DNA of 64,000 bases from Cetorhinus maximus (lineage: Eukaryota): contig NC_135880.1 of assembly GCF_964194155.1 (NCBI RefSeq), positions 166,532,001 to 166,596,000 on the forward strand. The letters are read 5' to 3'. The translations under genes and the position numbers were made by a program. The notes below the pieces were generated by a model. It saw only the letters and a program-made list of their open reading frames with translations. It did no database searches and was not told the origin of the DNA. Shown here piece by piece: positions 1-11,491 of this stretch. Position 1 is the first letter of the stretch. Each line of letters opens with the position of its first letter.

Positions 1-1370
1 ATGCACCTCCTCAGAGTGGATCAGCTGCCTGCCCCTTGCTTCCCAGCCGGAACTGGGAAGCAAGGCTTCCTGATTCACTCAGAATTTTTGTCCATTTAAC
101 ATCCATAGTGCCCATTACCTGCTCCAATCCCACCTGCTCATCCATATTAAAACTTTCCAGTTGGTTTCAGGACATGAAAGTGCAAATAAAGATAAATAAA
201 GCCACAAAAATGCAAACATTCCTTTGGATTTTATAAATAATAGCATTGAGTACAAGAACAAATAATAATAAATTTCTACTAGCATTATTTATGCCACAGA
301 GTACTGAGTAGAGTTTTGACTGCCCTCTTATTTCAAGGATGTTAAAGTCATTGAGAATATGCAGCATCGATACAACCGCACAATGATAGTCATAGAAACT
401 ATGAGGAGAGATTTGTGGTACAGAGCCTGCTGCTGATGGAATAGAGAACTGCAGGCATATAACACATTTTTAAAATTAAGGAGAGTTTTTTTCAGAGTGA
501 ACATTTGCTCTGATTAGGGAGCCAGTGATAAGAGAGTCATCAATTTAAAATTGTCAATGAGAATGGGGAGACAGGTTAGAGACTACTGTATAATTTAAGG
601 GGAACAATATATATATGAAACAGAGACACATACAGAGTTATGGGGGGAGTTGTGCACTGGGATTAGCTGGGGACTGTTGGAGCAGAGAGTGGAAGCCGAT
701 GATGATATTGAATGGTGGAGGAGACTGGGCGCCGATCTGGTGTAGATTTGCTCCTGTTTCTTTAAAGTCAGTTTTTGTTTTTGCTCCTGTTTCTTAATGC
801 TCTTATATTCTCATGTAAAGCTGGAATAGACACAGTGGACCAAATAGCATTAATAAGTACCAACTTAAAGCACAATTACCAACAGTCACATCGTTAAAAA
901 GGCCACTAGCAGATTGACAACAAATGGTTAAACCACAATATAGAAAATCAATTTTAGTGATAACAGATTCATAGGGAGGGAAACAGAACAGGGAGAACAA
1001 TGAGAGAGCAATGGGAAAAACAGTCCAAATAAAGGTTTTGCCCAAGAGCTGAGACTAAGATGAAAGCTGAGGAGTCTGCCATGAGGAAATTGAGGGAAAA
1101 AATGTAGTGGAAAATATTTAACGTGAGCTAAACATTTCAAAGAAGTTCGATTAAAACTATGGACAAAAGTGTTAAATGAAAACCAGAAAAAAATGACAAT
1201 GTGTATGAAGGATGAGAGGAGATAAATGTATTGCTGATCGATGCACTTATTCAATCATTCCACAAATTGTAAATGTAATAAGGATCCAGGGGGAGTGTCT
1301 CAACTGAAACGGCGCAAGAATCTCCAAGGGAAAGAGGTGGGACAAGTGATTTAAAAAAAAAGAGCTGCGA

Positions 1371-1405
1371 TGAGTCAGAGCAAAGGAGTAAAAACAGTAT
1401 ATAAA
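1371..1405 (+). promoter_or_regulatory. Relaxin copy A proximal promoter: AP-1 consensus TGAGTCA (1371-1377) and TATA box TATATAAA (1398-1405)
   Basis: Motifs read directly, about 110-145 bp upstream of the ATG, and conserved in copy B. Function is inferred. Confidence 0.6.
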
Positions 1406-1514
1406 GGGAGAGAGATCAGGCATACAGAAAACCACAGGGAGAGAGTCAGAGCAATATAGACATCTCACCAAAAGCCTGAGTACCAGTGAGGGAGGGAAAC
1501 ACTCGTGAGCTGAG

Positions 1515-1698
1515 ATGAAGTGTCTAGTGTGTGTCCTGGTAATCAACCTGCTCCTCACCTCCTTTCCCACTCCTATCTTATCCCTGTCTTTAAGGAGTGC
1601 GGAATCGACAATCAAATTGTGCGGTCGGGAGTTCATCCGAGCCATCATCTATACCTGTGGGGGTTCTCGTTGGAAGAGGCTCCTCGATAACCAGAACG
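1515..1698 (+). CDS. RLN: Relaxin copy A, coding exon 1 (signal peptide, B chain, start of C peptide)
   Basis: MKCLVCVLVINLLLTSFPTPILS-LSLRSAESTIKLCGREFIRAIIYTCGGSRW-KR: hydrophobic signal peptide, CG-x10-C B-chain pattern, relaxin RxxxRxxI cassette and dibasic site. Phase-1 donor G|GTGAGT at 1698/1699. Confidence 0.95.
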
Positions 1699-4319
1699 GT
1701 GAGTATTCAAAAAACAATCTCCCTTTGCTATGCCCCTGTCCAGGAAGTTGGCCGTTTTAGCATCATTGCAATCGAGATGTCTTAATGCTATTTATCGAGT
1801 CTCTCATTGAGTTAATAATAGTGATACTAGTTAGGCTATTGCAACTGGAATCATCTTATTTATCTAACGGACCCAATCTTCAAAATGACAGCGAGTATGA
1901 AAATAGCGAATGAGAAAATGTTTATGCCAATTTTATTTGCGAATGGCTGTCCCTCTTGTGGGGACAATGTACCTGTTATAAGCATATTATTAACATATCT
2001 CATGATGTAAAGAGTGTGTGGACTGCTGCCGTGTGGACAAGGGTGAGTACACATGCTGGAAACACAGAAACAATGCTGGTAACTTCTAAAAGACAAGTTA
2101 ACCTGAGGCTTGTTATCAGCACAGTTACTGTCAGGAGGGGACAGCTGACTTTCAATAGCTGCCTGGCCTGATATTCATTTCCAGGACTGTCAGTTCTTAT
2201 TTCAGATTCTACAGCATTGATGAGGGCTTTCTGGGTGGGGAGAGTTGGGTGCAGTCCTGTCAGTCAGCAGTGACTGTTTATTTGGAGTCACATCATTTAC
2301 CACAGAGCAAGGTTTCCTTGTTCATGGTGCAGGACTTTTCCTGGGTAAATCAATCAGCAAACGTCCTGATCACTTTATAGTGGAATCTGCTAGTGTTTTG
2401 ACATGATAGTGGCATATATTAGTTTAGTGTGAACTTCATTTAGTAAATTCTACACATTTCCGATAAACATTTTAAAATAACAAAGCCTTATTGTTGCTTC
2501 ACATTGTCACTATACTGCAGCTACTACCCACAGGATCGAACGCGGGAAGTGTGATGCGAAACTGAAGGCCAGAATTGGACCGCTGACTTTGAAGTAATGT
2601 CAGCAGATAAAATTCTGACAGCAAGGGTGACTCATTGCCAATACTGAAAAGATCCAATTCTCAGTTTGAGGAGTCATAGAGTACACTGCTAGGACCTGGT
2701 GAAATTCCACCTGACAGAGTTATACCACACCTGGAGTGCAGCTCAAACCTTCCAGGAATGGTTTCATAGCATGAAAGGAATGAAGCCATTCGTCCATCAT
2801 GCGTGCGCTGGCTCTTTGAAAGAGTCCCTTCCCACTCCCATATGTAAACCTCTACGCTACATCAATTGTCTCACACCTGTTGCCTTTGATATACTGGAGA
2901 TTTGGATGGGTCACCCAACTCCTGAGTTATACTTCCAGTTTCAAGGTGCTGTGTATCTATGTGTCTCTACAGATTCACAGAATGGTTACAGCACCGAAGA
3001 AGACACATTCAAAGTGTGAAAATAATACAGTTAAAGACAGATCTGTAATTCGAAAGAGGAATCTGAATGGCCAATAGTGTGGAGATGTTAATATAAAATG
3101 GTATAAACTTGTAAACCACTGCTTTATTGCGCTAACAATTCCCCTTTCAGGCAGTGGGAGGAGAGGTGGGAAATGCTAGGAGAATAGTTCTATGATTAAG
3201 CTGCTGGTAGAACAGTGAGTGTACGCATGTAGAAAGGTGGAAAGAGAATATCACCCACCTGACAACATTCCAGCATGTCAGCCCTGAACATTGAGAATGG
3301 TGACTGATAATGCAATCCCTGATCCATAGTGATTACAATGCAGCAAATTTAATATTGGTAATTATCAATGTTCTACTTCCATCAAACAGCACTGGCATCA
3401 CCACAGATGTTGTCAGACCTGGTGAGTTTTTCCAAAATTTTCTGTTTTTATTTCAGATTTCCAGCATCTGCAGAATTTTGCTTTTAGCACTGGGATGGTA
3501 TCAGTTTATCTAAGTTCTTTTCTGCTTTATTTTCTTTCCCATTCAGGATCCTGGCAATAATAGGAAGGAATGGTTTGAGATATTTGAAGGACTAGGCTGA
3601 AAAAAGGCAACAAACTGGATTGGAAAATTTGTTGAGACAAAGAAATTTCTGGTATAGATCCAGAAGCTGAAGTGCACGACCTGAATGCCAGGATTAGTGA
3701 CTGACTCCCATTCAGCAGGCAGCGACTAGAAACAGTTTGACTGTATCTAATGCAGTAAAAAAAAGCAGAATTTTCACCTGTCAAGCAGGGGTTCAAACCT
3801 TTTAAATCAAAAGTACAAATACAAAGTTCCCATTGGCAGGGGTGGGGATAGTCAGGGAATGATGAGGAGCAAAGAAAGGGCTACCTTCTAAGATTAAGAA
3901 TATATTTACTTGCCAATAGACTGCAATGTTTATCCAAAGATGTGTTAGAATGGATAGACTCTCTCATGAAGTTGCTCCTCTTGAGAATTGGTGTTCCATT
4001 GACCGGAATTTAACCAATTTTCTATCACAGCTGCAGAGTAACACAATTGTTTAACCAAACATTGATGGTCACTTAGAGATGGTTGTCAATTATTTCTCTG
4101 ACTATACAGCAATGTACATTTAATCGACTATATTTGTGTAGTCAAAATACAATGCAGCGCAATTAAGCAAGTGACTTTTGAGACTCCAAGGGCCATTGCT
4201 CTGCCCTAGTCAGAGGAGAGGAGGAGATGGCCATCTACTACCAGGACCGAGTGAACAATATAACTTCAATTTCATTAATCTGGTACATAGTCACAGGTGC
4301 AATTGTATTCCTGTTTTAG

Positions 4320-4666
4320 ATCCCTTCCAGACCTCAGCTGATAAAGACGACTTCAAGGAGATGGACAGCATGAAGAATCTTCAGAGAATGTTTGGCAATG
4401 ACAGGAACCAAGAAGTTGAGCTATCTTTTGTGGAGCAAGCGATCGACGAGTATTACAACCAGCACAATCAGATACCGGAGGATTTCATTGAGTACCTCCG
4501 CCAGATTGATGGAGGCAGCAATAACGACCCCGCATCTGCATTATCACAGATGCAGCATCTACCCTGGGCCAGATCCTTCAGGAAGAAAAGGGCAACAAAA
4601 CCAGGATTGTCAAGCAAATGCTGCTATAACGGCTGCACCAAAAAAGATATCAGCGTTCTTTGCTGA
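4320..4666 (+). CDS. RLN: Relaxin copy A, coding exon 2 (C peptide, RKKR site, A chain ATKPGLSSKCCYNGCTKKDISVLC)
   Basis: Acceptor ctgttttAG|AT is in frame with exon 1 (G+AT = Asp). A chain has the CC-x3-C-x8-C pattern. Spliced CDS is 531 nt, giving a 176-aa preprohormone. Confidence 0.95.
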
Positions 4667-4849
4667 AAACTATACATCTCTATAGATTATTCTATACACA
4701 TGGACTCTGCTTCAGTGAGATTTTAAACCATGTAGTCTATTAAACATCTCACAAACATGGAATAAGGCAAACGTAATTTACCTGTAACTTCTCGTATGGT
4801 CTATGTGACAGGCTTGTGTTCTTCATGCTGAATCTCTTCAAACCAATTA

Positions 4850-4855
4850 AATAAA
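4850..4855 (+). terminator. Probable polyadenylation signal of relaxin copy A
   Basis: AATAAA about 185 nt after the stop, followed by a GT/T-rich tract near 4895-4908. Confidence 0.6.
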
Positions 4856-5499
4856 ATGCAGCTGTAAAGGTTTCAACTCAATTTCTCAAGACAATTGTTT
4901 TTTTTTGTGAATAGTTTATTTAATTCATTCAAAATATTGAAACTTATTTCCCACTGAACACTGCCCACTAACACCTATGCACAAACTCTAAAAATGAGAT
5001 TCTAAAACTATCTAATCTTGGCAAATTTAGTGTGTATTTATGAATCCAGATTTAACATTTAACATAAGTGAAACCATATTAGCTGGAACAGTAAAGTATA
5101 ATTTGTAATGACTTCCTCCTGATAGGCAAGATCTGATTCAGGTGCTCCTCCTTTACAACAACAATAGCTCGGATTTATATAGCACCTTTAATAAATTTAA
5201 AGGCATCATCAAACAACATGCTAAATGGGTTTAACTATTATTTAGCCACAAAGGTGCTCCTGTGTGAGAGGAACAATACAAAATATAAGCTAAAAACAAT
5301 CATGTTATTAATTTCCAATGCATCCAATAATGCTGAACCCAATGAAGGCACTACAATTATCAGATACGCGTTTTCTAAAGCAAGATAAAATTATATAGGC
5401 TGAAAGCAGGTTTCATCACAAAAGCTTAATGCTCAGACTAAAATTAAAGCTTTGTTGTAGCATGATAGGGCGATTAAACTTATTATTCATATTCAGCAA

Positions 5500-5760
5500 A
5501 TTCTCATGTAAACACGAAGAAAGACCTGAAAAATCGGGGCTGTGTTTAGAACAGCTGAGTAAGTGTGATTTGATAAAGGTGTATGAAATTATGAAAGGAT
5601 ACAACACAATAGATGAAACAACAGTTGATCTGTTCTGATTGAGAGATCTAGAATAAGGAAGCATAGCAATGGGAATAAAATGGAGTTTAGCACAGGGTAT
5701 AGGATAATGTTTTTTGCACAGTGTGTTACAAGATTGTGGAATGCACTACCAAAGTAACAA
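5500..5760 (+). mobile_element. Old CR1 LINE 3' fragment
   Basis: Degenerate ERL..LGL..LE..R.DLIKVYKIMKG motif (ORF 5429..5638). Confidence 0.6.
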
Positions 5761-5829
5761 CACCCAGCTCTACCTTACCTCCACCTCTTATGACCCCTTC
5801 ACTGTCTCTAACTTGTCACACTGTAAATT

Positions 5830-6340
5830 TCTTTCAAGTATTAAGAAAGCCGACACCATTGTCTTTGGTCACTGCCACAAACTCTAGGCCAAAGTCAACA
5901 TCTTGCTTCCTGGCAAATGTTGCGGATTGAACAACACCTTGGCGGTGTATCTAGCCCCGAGATGAGATTCTGACCGGATGTCTTTTCTAACACCAAAACT
6001 GCATAGGTCCAATACCGTAACAACGACCTCTACCCCTGCCTCAGCTATTTGCTGCAGAAACTCTCATCCATGTTATAGTTACCTTAGACCTGACTCCCCA
6101 GTGTTCTCCTGCCTGGTCCCTTCTTCCACTCTCCATAAACTTCAGCTCGTCCATGTTCTTCTGCCTGCATCCTAATTTGAACCAAGTCCCGTTTACCAAA
6201 TACCACTGTCCTTGCGACCCTACATTGACTCCATTTGCAGCAAGGCCTTCATTTTAAAATCCACATCCTAGTTTTCGAACCTCTTCATGATCTCGTCGAT
6301 CCCTATCTCTGTAACCTCCTCCAGCCCTACGACCCTCTGA
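5830..6340 (+). mobile_element. L2-type LINE 3' fragment (degenerate)
   Basis: Resembles the L2-like pieces at 38460-38790, 48600-49200 and 50400-50700 (e.g. cctacattgactcc...ttttaaaat, atctctgtaacctcctccagcc). Confidence 0.55.
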
Positions 6341-6829
6341 GAGTAAGCTGAAATTTCCATTGGTCTGGTACTCTCACTGTATCATACCCCAAAATAGCAC
6401 AAACATTTCTGTTGGCAGAGAAATTATTTTTCACTGACAACAGGAACTTATTTTCATACAGTGCCTAAAGGCACCACAGTATTGCAAGTGCTTCACAATG
6501 ACATGCATTCCTGAGTAGAATTAGGAGGGAAAATTGAGGAAAGAACTGAAAGCATGTTTGATGAGGTAGATTTCTGGGATGTTTTTCAAAGCGGAGAAAG
6601 AGTTTCAGAGTTTGGACCCAGGTAGGAGAATGGAGAGTGTGAGCAAGGTGAATAGGATAGAATTAAAACAAACAATGTGAGACCACTTCCAAAAGCTTGC
6701 ACTTCAGTCCATATAGAAAGCCATAATTTAAAAGCACCTACTTAAGTTTTAAATACGACAATACAAAAATTGTCTGCCTGATTGATAATGAGGAAGAAAG
6801 TTGTAGTTTGGAGATTATCAGGAACTAGG

Positions 6830-9800
6830 AACTAAATTAAAGAACAGGTCCTTAAGGGTTATAATCTCTGGATTACTACCCGAGCCACGTGCAAATTGGC
6901 AGAGGGACGCGAGAATAAGGAAAGTAAACACATGGCTAAAGGAGTGGTGCGGGAAAGAGGGGTTCCATTTCGTGGGGCACTGGCATCAGTATTGGAACAG
7001 GAGGGATCTGTACCGTTGGGACGGTCTCCACCTGAACCAATCTGGGACCAATGTTCTAGCGAAAAGGGTAAATAGGTTGGTCAACAGGACTTTAAAATAG
7101 AAATTGGAGGGGGGAGAGAAGGGTAAAACTCCAAGAAGTATGACTAATGGGAAACAAAGCAGCAGGTTAGTGTGTGGAGGGGTGGATTCAACTTCATGGA
7201 AAATTATGAAAAAACTGAAAAGAAAAGAGAGCCCAGGAGAGGCTATTAAAGTCTCCAGAACACAAAATAGGACAGAGTGTTTGGAAAGGGCTAGGAATCT
7301 AACTTCAAGCACAGCAGATAAAGGGACAACAATGAGAAAGGGGACGGGAAATACAGAACTGAAGGCGTTGTATCTGAATGCACACAATATACAAAATAAG
7401 GTAAATGAGCTTGTGGCGCAGATTGAAATTGGCAGGTATGATGTGGTGGGCATTACGGAGACATGGCTGCAAGGGGATCAGGACTGGGAGCTAAATATCC
7501 AAGGATAGACATCCTATAGAAAGGATAGGCAGGTTGGCAGATGGGGTGGAGTTGCTTTGTTAGTAAGAAATGAAATTAAATCGATAGCAAGAAATGATGT
7601 TGGGTCAGATGATGTAGAATCTGTGTGGGTAGAGTTGAGAAACTGCAAAGGTAATAAAAACATAATGGGAGTTATATACAGGCCTCCGAACAGTAGTCAG
7701 GATGTGGGGCACAAGATACACCAGGAGATAGAAAAGGTGTGTAAGAAAGGCAAGGTTACAGTGATCATGGGGGATTTCAATATGCAGGTAGACTGGGAAA
7801 ATCAGGTTGGTAGTGGATCCCAAGAAAAGGAACTTGTGGAATGTCTACGAGATGGCTTTTTGGAGCAGCTTGTGGTGGAGCCCACTAGGGAACAGGCAAT
7901 TCTAGATTTAGTGATGTGTAATGAGGCAGATTTGATAAGGGAGCTTAAGGTGAAGGAACCCTTAGGAGGAAGTGACCATAATATGTTAGAATTTGCCCTG
8001 CAATTTGAGAGGAAAAACCTGGAATCAGATGTAACAGTGTTACAGTTGAATAAAGACAACTACAGAGGCATGAGTGAGGAGCTGGCCAGAATTGACTGGG
8101 AGATGAGCCTAGCAGGAAAGACAGTGGAACAGCAATGGCAGGAGTTTCTGGGAGTAATTTGGGAGACACAGCAAAAATTCATCCCTAGGAAGAAGAAGCA
8201 TACTAAAGGGAAGACGAGGCAACCATGGCTGACAAGGGAAGTCAGGGACAGCATAAAAAATAAAGAGAAAGCATACAATGCGGCGAAGAGCAGTGGGAAA
8301 CCAGGGGATTGGGAAGCCTACAAAGACCAACAGAGGACAACTAAAAAAGAAATAAGGAGGGAGAAGATTAAATATGAGGGTAAACTAGCCAGTAATATAA
8401 AAGAAGATTGCAAGAGTTTTTTTAGATATATAAAGGGTAAGAGAGAGGCAAAAGTGGACATTGGGCCGCTGGAAAATGACCCTGGAGAAGTAGTAGTGGG
8501 GAACAAAGAAATGGCGGAGGAACTGATTAGTTACTTAGTGTCAGCCTTCACAGTGGAAGACACGAGTAGCATTCCCAAAGTTCAAGAGAGTCAGAGGGCA
8601 GAAGTGAGTATGGTGGCCATTACCAAGGAGAAGGTGCTAGGAAAACTGAAAGTTCTGAAGGTTGATAAATCACCTGGACCAGATGGATTACACCCCAGAG
8701 TTCTGAAGGAGATAGCTGAAGAGAGAAGGCAGTCAGGCAAAAAATGGGAAATTACAGGCCGATTAGCCTGATGTCGGTCGTTGGTAAGATTTTAGAGTCC
8801 ATTATTAAGGACGAGATTTCAGAATACTTGGAAGTGCATGGTAAAATCGGGCAAAGTCTGCTTGGTTTCATCAAGGGGAGGTCATGCCTGACAAATCTGT
8901 TAGAATTCTTTGAGGAGGTAACAAGTAGGTTAGACAAAGGCCAGCCAATGGATGTTATCTACTTGGACTTCCAGAAGGCCTTTGACAAGGTGCCACACAG
9001 GAGGCTGCTCAGTAAGATAAGAGCCCATGGTGTTAGAGGCAAGGTACTAGCATGGATAGAAGATTGGCTGTCTGGCAGGAGGCAGAGAGTGGGGATAAGG
9101 GGGTCCTTCTCAGGATGGCGGCCAGTGACTAGTGTAGTTCCGCAGGGGTCAGTGTTGGGACCACAACTTTTCACTTTATACATTAATGATCTAGATGAAG
9201 GAACTGAGGGCATCCTGGCTAAGTTTGCAGATGATACAAAGATAGGTGGATGGACAGATAGTATTGAGGAGGTGGGGAGGCTGCAGAAGGATTTGAACAG
9301 GTTAGGAGAATGGGCAAAGAAGTGGCAGATGGAGTACAACGTGGGGAAGTGTGTGGTCATGCACTTTGGTAGGAAGAATAGAGGCATGGACTATTTTCCA
9401 AAATGGGGAGAGAATTCAGAAATCTGGAGTGCAAAGTGTCTTGGGAGTCCTAGTCCAAGATTCTCTTAATGTTAACTTGTAGGTTGAGTTGGTAGTTAGG
9501 AAGGCAAATGCAATGTTGGCATATATTTCGAGAGGACTAGAATATAAAAGCAGGGATGTGCTGCTGAGGCTTTATAAGGCTCTGGTCAGACCACATTTAG
9601 AATATTGTGAGCAATTTTGGGCCCCGTATCTCAGGAAGGATGTGCTGGCCCTTGAGAGGGTCCAGATGAGATTCACGAGAACGATCCCAGGAATGAAAGG
9701 CTTAACATATGAGGAACGTTTGAGGACCCTGGGTCTATACTCGATGGAGTTTAGAAGGATAAGGGGGGATCTGATTGAAACTTACAGAATACTGAAAGGC

Positions 9801-10149
9801 CTGGATAGAGTGGACGTGGGGAAGATGTTTCCATTAGTAGGAGAGACTAGGACCCGAGGGCACAGCCTCAGAGTAAAGGGAAGACCTTTTAGAACAGAGA
9901 TGAGGAGAAACTTCTTTAGCCAGAGAGTGGTGAATCTATGGAATTCATTGCCACAGAATGCTGTGGAGGCCAGGTCATTGAGTGATTTAAGACCGAGATA
10001 GATAGGTCTTGATTGGTAAGGGGATCAAAGGTTATGGGGAGAAGGCGGGAGAATGGGGTTGAGAAACTTATCAGCCGTGATTGAATGACGGAGCAGACTC
10101 AATGGGCCGATTGGCCTAATTTCTGCTCCTATGTCTTATGGTCTTATGG
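6830..10149 (+). mobile_element. Young 5'-truncated CR1 LINE in the palindrome spacer: end of ORF1 (SGNH esterase), ORF2 APE endonuclease + RT, disrupted
   Basis: ORF1 tail IISGLLP...DGLHLN. ORF2 motifs YLNA, GITETWL, GDFN, SDH, YLDFQKAFDKVPH, PQGSVLGP and FADD. Lesions: stop at 7506-7508, an internal deletion near 8722 relative to the 55.4-57.7 kb copy, and a frameshift near 9400. 3' tail (tcttatgg)n. Confidence 0.95.
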
Positions 10150-10795
10150 ATTGCTGAAAGATATCAATGGACTAGTTCAAGTGAGCAGAAACGTGGCAAA
10201 TATAATTTAATCCAAAGCAGCATGAGGGGCTCTTCATCCTTTGAGGCAAAGATGTCCATGTTCATCATCTGGAGTGTTTGGTAGGGATCCCGTTGGTACG
10301 TTGGTGACTGCTAAGGCCGATCTGCACCCAGAAGGCTCTGCTGAAAATGATAGCTGGAATCCAATGGTTAAACTATGATGAGAGATTAAACAAACTAGGG
10401 AGGTTGTACTCCATGGAATTTAGAAGGTTAAGGGGTGATTTTATTAAAGTTCTCAAGATATTGAGGGGAGTAGATAGAGCAGTTTGTGAGAAACTATCCC
10501 CACTAGTTGGGAAGCCTAGGCCTAGGGGGCATAATCAAAAATTTAGAGCCAGGTCTTCTAGGAGTGTAAAGGATGGTGGAGCTTTGGACCTCTATTCTGC
10601 AAATGGCAACTGAAGCTATTCTAATTGTTAATTTTAAAACTGAGATCGATAGATTTTTTGCTGGTCAAAGGTATTAAGGGATATAGGGCAAAGGCAAGTA
10701 TATGGAGTTAGGTTATTGATCACCCTAACCATTAAATAGCAGAATGGGGTTAAGGGGCTAAATGGCCTATTATTGATCTTATGTTCCTACATTCC
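10150..10795 (+). mobile_element. Older CR1 LINE 3' fragment(s)
   Basis: ORF 10347..10613 ERLNKLG.LYSMEFRRLRGD; CR1-type 3'UTR ggggctaaatggccta. Confidence 0.75.
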
Positions 10796-11144
10796 TAACG
10801 TGAATTCACTGACCTTGACCATTCTTAATGATATTTGAACTCCTTGACACTAGCCTCATAACTGTGACCGTGCAGCTATCTGCTTCCCTGCCTCCCCTCC
10901 CTAAATAGGACGGAATTCATGCATCACATTCCCCATAAACAGAATGAAACAGGAAGAGACTGCAGTAGACTTTGCCTGCATTATCTACCTCAGATTCCAA
11001 GGCCATAGAATGGACTCACATTGCATTTCACACTCCTTATCACCAGTCTGACATATTTCTCTTCTGAAAGGGATACCACTCCCTAAATATAGCTTGTTTG
11101 AGGCCGTAGGCTGTCATGTAGAGTTGTGGCTGGTTTCTTGGTTT

Positions 11145-11491
11145 TCAGCAAAGAACGCTGATATCTTTTTTGGTGCAGCCGTAAAAGCAGCATTTGTTTG
11201 ACAACCCTGGTGATGTTGTCCTTTTCTTCCTGAAGGATCTGGCCCAGGGTAGGTGCTGCATCCGTGATGATGCAGATGCGGGGTTGTTATTGCTGCCTCC
11301 ATAAATCTGGCGGAGGTACTCAATGAAATCCTCCGGTATCTGATTTTGCTGGTTGTAATACTCGTCGATCACTTGCTCCACAAAAGATGGCTCAACTTCT
11401 TGGTTCCTGTCAATGCCAAACATTCTCTGAAGATTCCTCATGCTGTCCATCTCCTTGAAGTTGTCTTTATCAGCTGAGGTCTGGAAGGGAT
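11145..11491 (-). CDS. RLN: Relaxin copy B, coding exon 2 (C peptide, RKKR, A chain TTSPGLSNKCCFYGCTKKDISVLC)
   Basis: 347 nt, same length and acceptor as copy A exon 2. All A-chain cysteines are intact. TGA at 11147-11145. Confidence 0.95.

Larger units (their letters stand above)
1..4670 (+). repeat. Left arm of a large inverted segmental duplication (runs off the window start); contains relaxin copy A
   Basis: Position 1 (atgcacctcctcagagtgg) is the reverse complement of the sequence ending at 16638. The match is collinear through promoter, exon 1, intron and exon 2, and ends at TGA+AAAC (4670). The mirrored ORF pairs in the track (e.g. 2699..3019+ and 12794..13114-) confirm it. Confidence 0.97.

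Noticed and set aside
36-3796. Apparently conserved duplicated ORFs in both arms (e.g. 928..1254, 2699..3019, 3310..3513)
   Set aside because: Their similarity only reflects the recent inverted duplication of non-coding DNA. They have no domains or splice structure.
4178-4666. 162-aa ORFs (4178..4666+ and 11145..11633-) as single-exon genes
   Set aside because: They start at non-ATG codons within the intron. The true exon begins at the AG acceptor (4320 and 11491) and splices in frame to exon 1.
1515-4666. Calling these genes RLN3 or INSL5 because the B chain ends in GGSRW
   Set aside because: Fish RLN retains RLN3-like sequence, and adjacency to PLGRKT marks the RLN locus. A phylogeny would be needed to be certain.
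7557-10001. Long ORFs as an active retrotransposon or host gene
   Set aside because: CR1 ORF2 is broken by a stop, an internal deletion and frameshifts, and ORF1 is 5'-truncated.
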